Shown in pieces: positions 40,319 through 46,695 of a stretch of DNA of 64,000 bases. How positions within the stretch are numbered: position 1 is the first letter of the stretch; the number at the start of each line of letters is the position of its first letter. Origin of the DNA: Ignavibacteria bacterium CG2_30_36_16 (GTDB taxonomy: Bacteria > Bacteroidota > Ignavibacteria > Ignavibacteriales > Ignavibacteriaceae); assembly GCA_001873185.1 (NCBI GenBank), contig MNYQ01000136.1, positions 401 to 64,400 of the forward strand, given 5' to 3'. A model generated the notes under the pieces. The model made no database searches. It was not told where the DNA came from and saw only the letters and a list, made by a program, of their open reading frames with translations. A program made the translations under genes and the position numbers.

Positions 40319-40399
40319 TAGAGAAATAATTACATCAATACTTGAATTTCTTTTTTGGCTTTTCTATTATTAAGCCTATAAAATAAAGAAGGTGTGAAA

Positions 40400-40600
40400 A
40401 TGGATTCAAAAAATATTATTCAAAGCGCATTAAATCTAAGCCCTGCGGAGAGACTTTTTATAATTGATGCTATTTCTAAAAGTTTAAGTGAGCCTGATAA
40501 AGATATTGATGAATATTGGAAAGACGAAGTTGAAAAACGATATGATGCTTTTATAAAAGGGAAAGTAAAAAGAATTCCTTACGAGGAAATTAGAAAATAA
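40400..40600 (+). CDS. Antitoxin, putative addiction-module component (TIGR02574-like)
   Basis: The sequence SALNLSPAERLFIIDAISKSL...YWKDEVEKRYDAFIKGKV matches the family pattern. The stop overlaps the toxin start. ATG 40400 is preferred to GTG 40394. Confidence 0.8.
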   Translation: MDSKNIIQSALNLSPAERLFIIDAISKSLSEPDKDIDEYWKDEVEKRYDAFIKGKVKRIPYEEIRK

Positions 40601-40887
40601 TGTTAGTTGAATTTCTTGAACCTGCACATATAGAATATCAAGAAGCTATCGAATTTTATAATCTGCAAAGTGAAGGATTGGGCGATAAATTTATTATTGA
40701 AGTAGATAGGACTATATCAATAATAAAAAAATATCCAGAGAGTTTTTGCGAATATACTAGCCATACAAGAAAAGCTGTTGTGAGTATTTTCCCTTATAAT
40801 ATTATTTATGCTCTTCACAAAAATTACATTGAAGTAATTGCAATTGCACACCAACATAGAAAACCGAATTTTTGGTTAAATAGATAA
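40600..40887 (+). CDS. Type II toxin, RelE/ParE family
   Basis: 95 aa. The ParE-like pattern is LEPAHIEYQEAIEFY at the N-terminus and AIAHQHRKP at the C-terminus. Confidence 0.8.
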   Translation: MLVEFLEPAHIEYQEAIEFYNLQSEGLGDKFIIEVDRTISIIKKYPESFCEYTSHTRKAVVSIFPYNIIYALHKNYIEVIAIAHQHRKPNFWLNR

Positions 40888-40896
40888 TAGCAAAAG

Positions 40897-41154
40897 CAGT
40901 ATAATCAGTTACTCCGATTAAAGCCAACTTAAAATTTAGATGTTCGTTAAACTTTTTTAAGTGCTTTCGGGGCGCAGCTATCCCGAAAGAACAAAAACAA
41001 CCCTTGCTTTTTGCGTATGTAAAAAGTAGAAGGAAATCTTTTCCCGCCGGAAGCGGGATTGGTGCCCAAAATAATTAATACGGCAGTGTTGTGTTTTAAC
41101 AACTTGTCCCGTCCGTTAGCCAACGGACTGACGGTTAACGCGCCGTTAGCAATT
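40897..41154 (+). repeat. attC-like composite repeat, copy A5 (full-length reference copy)
   Basis: CAGTATAA (40897-40904) is the reverse complement of 40310-40317. Hairpins are H1 40964-40989, H2 41002-41033, H3 41042-41058, H4 41088-41103 and H5 41106-41134. The unit ends TTAAC gcgcc GTTAGCA. Confidence 0.8.
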
Positions 41155-41245
41155 CAAAGGTTTAAGCCAATTTAAAGATTTATTTGGAAGGTTTCTAAAG
41201 AAATTCTCCACTTGATTAAAGTAAGCCAATGGATTATATTCGCAT

Positions 41246-41581
41246 ATGCTAATTACAATTGTTGAATTACCTGAATATATAAAGAGCGCAGAAAAAGAAC
41301 TATCAAAAGATGAAAGAGATGAATTGATTTATTATTTGTCTTCTAATCCTAAAGCTGGAACTTTAATGCAAGGAACTGGAGGTGTAAGAAAGTTAAGGTG
41401 GGCTTCAAAAGGTAAAGGTAAAAGCGGTGGTTCCAGAGTTATATACTTTTACTATAATGAAACTATTCCCCTATTCTTATTAACAATATTCGGGAAAAAT
41501 GAAAAGATTAATTTAAGCAAAGCTGAACGGAATGAATTAGCAAAATTTGTAAAAGAATTAGTAAAAAGTTATAAAAGGTAA
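41246..41581 (+). CDS. Type II toxin, RelE/HigB-like (cassette 5)
   Basis: 111 aa. The motif GGVRKLRWASKGKGKSGGSRVIYFY is typical of HigB-2-type toxins that sit upstream of an HTH antitoxin. Confidence 0.78.
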   Translation: MLITIVELPEYIKSAEKELSKDERDELIYYLSSNPKAGTLMQGTGGVRKLRWASKGKGKSGGSRVIYFYYNETIPLFLLTIFGKNEKINLSKAERNELAKFVKELVKSYKR

Positions 41582-41584
41582 AAA

Positions 41585-41872
41585 ATGAGTGAAGCATATA
41601 AAAGTATAAGTAAAGGATTGAAAGAAGCAATTGAATATTCTAAAGGAAATAATAAGGGAGTCAGAGAATTTAGGGCGAAACATATTGATGTGAAAAAGTT
41701 GAGAGAAAGAATTGGAATGAGTCAGCCAAAATTTGCAGCGTCATTTGGGATTAGTTTGGGAACATTAAGACATTGGGAAAGAAGAGATAGGTATCCACAA
41801 GGTCCGGCTTTAGTTTTATTAAATTTATTATCAAAAGACCCAAACACAGTATTAGAAGTTTTACATAAGTAA
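41585..41872 (+). CDS. HTH (XRE-type) antitoxin, HigA-like
   Basis: 95 aa. The HTH segment is LRERIGMSQPKFAASFGISLGTLRHWE. It lies 3 nt downstream of the toxin gene. Confidence 0.8.
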   Translation: MSEAYKSISKGLKEAIEYSKGNNKGVREFRAKHIDVKKLRERIGMSQPKFAASFGISLGTLRHWERRDRYPQGPALVLLNLLSKDPNTVLEVLHK

Positions 41873-41895
41873 GTTGCGCAACCTAACCAGTGCTT

Positions 41896-42132
41896 GCTAA
41901 TGAACCACTATCGCTAATGCCGGAATGCTAAAGTGTGGTTGCAGAATAAGAGGCGTTTTAAGAATAAACGGCATCAATAGGATTTTTTTTAAATATAAAT
42001 CGGAAAAATGAACATAGCTATTTGGCGACCATTGAAAGCTTAAAAAAAATTACAGAATAGGCTCAAATTATTTTTATAAAACAGCGTCTGTTTATGTCGC
42101 TGCAATTTGGTTAAGCAAATAACCAAAATATC
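41896..42132 (+). repeat. Non-coding repeat B, copy B1
   Basis: About 237 nt that align with 43022-43260 along the whole length, with roughly nine in ten positions identical by eye. No ORF is present. Confidence 0.85.
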
Positions 42133-42169
42133 TAGATTTTAGAGGATAATAATTTTGTCACTTTGGGTG

Positions 42170-42294
42170 TTGAGATTTTTTCCCGCTAAAAGCGGGATTG
42201 GTGCCCAAAATAATTAATACGGCAGTGTTGGATTTTAATAACATGTCCCATCCGTTAGCTAACGGACCATCGGGATAACACGCCGTTAGGTGCT
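42170..42294 (+). repeat. attC-like composite repeat, copy A6 (H3-H5 part)
   Basis: tttttTCCCGCtaaaaGCGGGAttggtgcccaaaataattaatacggcag...gtcccaTCCGTTAGCTAACGGAccatcgggaTAACacgccGTTAGGTGCT. Confidence 0.75.
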
Positions 42295-42365
42295 TAATTA
42301 GTTTATTTTATTTCAAAAATAGAGTAAATTAGAGAAAGCAATATTAGAAGACAGGATAATAAGAA

Positions 42366-42608
42366 ATGGAAAATGAAGGATTTTATAATAAGTTCGAATC
42401 ACTTCCAATAGAAGCACAGAAACAAGTATTGACGTTTATAGATTTCTTACAAAAAAGATATGAATCTAAAAGCAAAAAGCTTCGCGAATGGAAACCTATA
42501 AAAGATAAGAAATTTGTTGGGATATGGGAAAACCGGGAAGATGTAAATGATAGCTCTTTATGGATAAGGAATTTACGAAAGAAAGAGTGGAGAGAAATTG
42601 GCGAATAA
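42366..42608 (+). CDS. Antitoxin (DUF2281-like) paired with a PIN toxin
   Basis: 80 aa. The segment LPIEAQKQVLTFIDFLQKRY is typical of DUF2281. It overlaps the PIN gene by 11 nt. Confidence 0.72.
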   Translation: MENEGFYNKFESLPIEAQKQVLTFIDFLQKRYESKSKKLREWKPIKDKKFVGIWENREDVNDSSLWIRNLRKKEWREIGE

Positions 42609-42990
42609 TTTTTCAATAATTGATTCTGATATACTGATTGATATTGGAAGAAAGGATACAACAGCAATAAAAAGGCTGGAAGAAGAACGAAAAACTTCCA
42701 TGCCAGCAATTAGCTCGGTTACTCAAATGGAATTACTTATTGGTTGTAGAAATAAAACTGAATTAAAACATTTAGATAAATTCCTAGAAGATTTTGAAAT
42801 CATTAGCTTTAACTACGAGATAACACAAAAAGCAATTGAACTTCTTAAAGAATATAAACTTAGCCACGGATTATTAATAGCAGATAGTATTATAGCAGCT
42901 ACTTCACTGGTTTTAGATGTACCTCTTTTAACAAAGAATCAAAAAGATTATAAGTTTATTAGTGGCTTAAAATTATTAAAATATCCTTAA
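42598..42990 (+). CDS. vapC: PIN-domain toxin (VapC-like)
   Basis: 130 aa. Acidic residues sit in the PIN pattern (IIDSDILID, QMELL, LIADSIIAAT). Confidence 0.8.
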   Translation: MANNFSIIDSDILIDIGRKDTTAIKRLEEERKTSMPAISSVTQMELLIGCRNKTELKHLDKFLEDFEIISFNYEITQKAIELLKEYKLSHGLLIADSIIAATSLVLDVPLLTKNQKDYKFISGLKLLKYP

Positions 42991-43021
42991 TCAGCAAGAG
43001 CGCACACACTACCATGCTGCT

Positions 43022-43260
43022 GCTAATGAACCACTATCGCTAATGCCGGAATGCTAAAGTGTGGTTGCAGAATAAGAGGCGTTTTAAGAATAAACGGCAT
43101 CAATTGGATTTTATTTTTTAATATAAAACAGAAAAATGAACATAGCTATTTGGCTACCATTGAAGACTTAAAAAAAATTACAGAATAGGCTCAAATTGTT
43201 TTTATAAAATAGCGTCTGTTTATGTCGCTTCAATTTGGTTTAGTGAATAACCATAATACC
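43022..43260 (+). repeat. Non-coding repeat B, copy B2
   Basis: Paralogue of 41896-42132, again placed immediately after a toxin-antitoxin module. Confidence 0.85.
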
Positions 43261-43370
43261 GGGTTTGCTTTTCTACGTATTTTACTCTTTGTTCTTTGAC
43301 TTTCTGTTGTTACTGGGCGATACCTTCGTCTACGTAATCAATACCTTCGGTCATTATAGTATTGATATGC

Positions 43371-43388
43371 ATCCATTAGCTAACGGAT
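43371..43388. repeat. PAL-1 palindrome copy
   Basis: atccattagctaacggat. Confidence 0.6.
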
Positions 43389-43709
43389 TCATAATTCAAA
43401 ATTGCGGCTTGCCGCGCAGTGGAGCTAAGAAGAAAATGACAATAGCGGTATTATATAAACCAGTATTCAGTTCCGTAAGAACGAACTGTTATTAGAAATA
43501 GATACGCCCCACACAAATAAGCTCCGTAGAAGCGACTTGTAAAGGATGCAATTGTAAATTTTCATGTGTTTAAAGAAGCAATAGTCGGTTCCTATGGAGC
43601 TAAAATAATTGTTCCCTCTAAAATGCTAACAAAAGACCGCTCCTACGGAGCTAAAATAATTCTTTGTTATTCATGTTACAAACAGAAAACTCCGATAGTA
43701 TTGGAAAGT

Positions 43710-43727
43710 ATCCGTTAGCCAACGGAT
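43710..43727. repeat. PAL-1 palindrome copy
   Basis: atccgttagccaacggat followed by ttttt. Confidence 0.7.
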
Positions 43728-43770
43728 TTTTTATGTCAAGATATTTATCTCGCAAGCGGGATTGCGTTTC

Positions 43771-43812
43771 ATTCAAAATTCATAATTCATAATTCATAAT
43801 TCATAATTCAAT
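43771..43812. repeat. 7-bp microsatellite (ATTCATA x4 plus degenerate flanking units)
   Basis: attcaaaattcataattcataattcataattcataattcaat. Confidence 0.85.
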
Positions 43813-44022
43813 ATGGCGGCTCGCCGCGCTATGTTATAGTAAGTAACTGCTAATTTTCCCTGCAAGCTGGATGTTCCGTTTATTTGATTCGTTTTTTTTG
43901 ACTCCAATTAAATTTATTTATACATGCCCAAATTTAATAAAAGTCCCTTTCCAACTTAAGCATTATACTTTTTCCTTTCTCCCCTCTGCTTTATATTAGC
44001 TTCATAAAAATTCAAACATACT

Positions 44023-45030
44023 TTGAACAAAAAACATTTTACTATACCGGTTTTTATTCCCGAGGAGGCATGCCCCTTTCAGTGTATATTTTGCAACCAG
44101 AAAAAAATTTCGGGACAGATGCATCTTCCTTCATTTGATGAAATACACAGGATCATCGAAAAATATCTTTCCACTATTCCAAAAGAAAACTCCGAAATTG
44201 AAATTGGGTTTTTCGGAGGTAATTTTACCGGTATCCCATTAGATCAGCAGGAAAAATATCTTCAGATCGCTAATGAATATTTAGGGAATAGAATCTCGGC
44301 AATTCGTTTATCTACACGCCCAGACTATATAAATAAAGATGTAATAAATTTATTAAAAAGTTATAATGTAAAAACTGTTGAACTCGGCGCACAGTCGCTT
44401 GATGATGAGGTTCTGAAAGAAAGCGGACGAGGTCATAAGGCGGAAGATGTTATTAACGCATCTATGATCATAAAAAATGCAGGTCTAAATCTCGGTTTGC
44501 AAATGATGATAGGGCTGCCGGGAGATACATTAGAAAAGACAATTTATACAGCTAATAAAATTGTTCAGCTCAAAGCGGATTCTACGCGTATTTATCCTAC
44601 TCTTGTTATTAACGGAACTGCACTTCAAAAACTTTTTAGCGCCGGTAAGTACAAACCTTTAGAACTTGATGAGGCAGTAAATTGGACTAAAATTATCCTC
44701 CCAATTTTTGAAAATGGAAATGTTGATATTTTAAGAATCGGTCTTCATCCATCGGAAGGGTTATTAAACGGGCACGAATTAGTTGCGGGACCTTTTCATG
44801 TATCGTTTAAGGAACTTGTGCTTACAAGTATTTGGCACGATTTGCTATCCGCTTTGGAATTCGAAAAAGATAAAATGGAGATAACAATAACCGCCAATGA
44901 ACGAGAATTAAATTATGCTTCTGGTTATAAAGCGAGCAACCGTAAAATGCTTGAAAAAAGATTCCGCAAGGTTAGGTTCGCTGCCGATCCAACTTTAACT
45001 AAACGAGAGTTTAATGTTCTTTATAGTTAA
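44023..45030 (+). CDS. Radical SAM protein (ELP3-like core without an acetyltransferase domain)
   Basis: TTG start. The CxxxCxxC motif is CPFQCIFCNQ near the N-terminus, and the fold-typical GGNFTG follows. Confidence 0.82.
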   Translation: MNKKHFTIPVFIPEEACPFQCIFCNQKKISGQMHLPSFDEIHRIIEKYLSTIPKENSEIEIGFFGGNFTGIPLDQQEKYLQIANEYLGNRISAIRLSTRPDYINKDVINLLKSYNVKTVELGAQSLDDEVLKESGRGHKAEDVINASMIIKNAGLNLGLQMMIGLPGDTLEKTIYTANKIVQLKADSTRIYPTLVINGTALQKLFSAGKYKPLELDEAVNWTKIILPIFENGNVDILRIGLHPSEGLLNGHELVAGPFHVSFKELVLTSIWHDLLSALEFEKDKMEITITANERELNYASGYKASNRKMLEKRFRKVRFAADPTLTKREFNVLYS

Positions 45031-45700
45031 TAAAAATATTCCGGCTGCCGCTCAAAATATTCTTACAGGATATGGTGAAGTAATATTATTCGAAACAGAT
45101 GGGATAACAGATAATGAAATTTCAAACCATCCGGATATTTTTTTCTGCGTGATTGGTAATAAAATAGTATGCGCTCAGAATACGCCAAAGAAATATATTG
45201 AGCGATTAAACAAATTTAGCAGCAACTGTACTGCAGGAAATTCGGATGTGGGTTATGACTATCCTGCAAACGCAAAATATAATGCGGTTATTACCGATCG
45301 TTACATTATTCACAATAAAGAAATAACTGATGAAGCTATTCTTCAAAGTGTGTCGGATAAAAAGTTTATCAATGTTAAACAGGGGTACACAAGATGTAAT
45401 CTTTTGCCGCTTAAAAATGATTGTTTTATCACGTCGGATAGAGGAATTGAGAATATATTAAAACAAGAAGGATTATCATGTTTATATGTTTCACCGAAGG
45501 AGGTTTTACTCCCCGGTTTCAAGCATGGATTTTTCGGAGGCGCTTGCGGTGTGTTTGATAACTCTGTATTTATTTTGGGAAGTTTAAATTATTTTAGTGA
45601 AGGTAATGCCGTAAAAAACTATTTAACCGGCTTAGGTTATGAACTATGCGAGTTAGTTGACGGAAAACTTTTCGACGGCGGGAGTATCCTTATCGTTTAA
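45014..45700 (+). CDS. Hypothetical protein, possibly pentein/GME-fold (DUF6873-like, from memory)
   Basis: 228 aa, overlapping the radical SAM gene by 17 nt. Motifs seen are HPDIFF, GYTRCN, ITSDRG and FGGACG. Confidence 0.65.
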   Translation: MFFIVNKNIPAAAQNILTGYGEVILFETDGITDNEISNHPDIFFCVIGNKIVCAQNTPKKYIERLNKFSSNCTAGNSDVGYDYPANAKYNAVITDRYIIHNKEITDEAILQSVSDKKFINVKQGYTRCNLLPLKNDCFITSDRGIENILKQEGLSCLYVSPKEVLLPGFKHGFFGGACGVFDNSVFILGSLNYFSEGNAVKNYLTGLGYELCELVDGKLFDGGSILIV

Positions 45701-45788
45701 ATATATTTTTAAACTCCTAGCGCGGCAAGCCGCAAGTAAAAATTAAAAATGATAAATTGTAAACACATTAAATATTTTGACACAAAAA

Positions 45789-45806
45789 ATCCGTTGGCTA
45801 ACGGAT
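45789..45806. repeat. PAL-1 palindrome copy
   Basis: atccgttggctaacggat, preceded by aaaaaa. Confidence 0.7.
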
Positions 45807-46061
45807 AAACGGCGATACTATATAGAATAGGAAAATAGGTCGCACCTACGGCGCTATGATGGTTTTTTCTTTTCATTGGTTTCTAAAAACAGGTCACGCC
45901 TATGGCGTTGAGAATATCAGGTGTGAAATGAATTCCGTTCGGAATGAACCTGTTTGTAGTAATAACAACACAAAAGAATCAGAGTTCCGTTAGGAACGAC
46001 CTGTTTATAGAACCGACGGAATAACTACGAGGATGTTTAGTTTAATAGCGTAAATTATTTC

Positions 46062-46204
46062 CGAAAATGTTGACGCCGATATGAAAGCTGGTATAATGCA
46101 TGGTTGTATAGTTGCATGCAATAATGCATTTAAGCAACTATGCAACCGTGCTTATGTATTTTGCCTGCCCCGGTCAGTCGCATTGGCGTCAACATAATTT
46201 TTCG
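46062..46204 (+). other. Long imperfect hairpin (about 143 nt) whose mismatches are G-T only on the + strand
   Basis: Outer arms 46062-46077 and 46085-46204 include a perfect 10-bp TGTTGACGCC/GGCGTCAACA. Inner arms 46098-46115 and 46134-46151 form 18 bp with two T:G pairs. Confidence 0.6.
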
Positions 46205-46290
46205 ATTATAATTTCTAACCTCTTTTAGAAGATACACTAATGGATAAATCAAAATAAATTTTTATGAACTTTTCCAACTATATTTATTTT

Positions 46291-46432
46291 ATGTGGCTAA
46301 AGCCTCATCGCCAAATCCCTTCTGTTATCAGTTCACTAAAGTGAACTGCAATCCCGCAGGGCGGGATTGTATTGCAGTCAGCTTCAGCTGACTGATAAAT
46401 TTAGTTGATAAATTTCGGGGCTTTAGCCACAT
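46291..46432. other. Closed composite structure: a 14-bp closing stem around three perfect 8-9-bp hairpins
   Basis: The closing stem is ATGTGGCTAAAGCC (46291-46304) with GGCTTTAGCCACAT (46419-46432). The inner hairpins are at 46329-46348, 46349-46369 and 46375-46394. Confidence 0.65.
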
Positions 46433-46460
46433 TTTATTATTCTATTTCTAACAAATTATT

Positions 46461-46477
46461 ATCCGTTAGCTAACGGA
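46461..46477. repeat. PAL-1 palindrome copy
   Basis: atccgttagctaacgga followed by cttttttc. Confidence 0.7.
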
Positions 46478-46695
46478 CTTTTTTCTTTTAAGTTGACGCC
46501 AATGATTGACTAACGGATAAAGCCAATACCATTAAAAAGCAAATCTATATCAAGGAGCCAATTCATTAGTTCAAGGAGTAATTCTCAGAAGGAGGAATAA
46601 ATTAAATTCCTCCACCATCCATCAAACATTTGTAATATTTAAGCGTCAGGTTAAATTTGCATATTAATTATCCATTTATTTTATCGAGTAATAAA

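Noticed and set aside
43265-43495. 76-aa ORF
   Set aside because: It has no ribosome-binding site, a low-complexity hydrophobic translation, and it spans a PAL-1 copy and other palindromes.
43500-46020. Possible degenerate CRISPR array (recurring hairpin units at 43575-43680 and 45830-46012)
   Set aside because: The units differ too much from each other, the spacers are only about 20-30 nt and irregular, and no cas genes are present.
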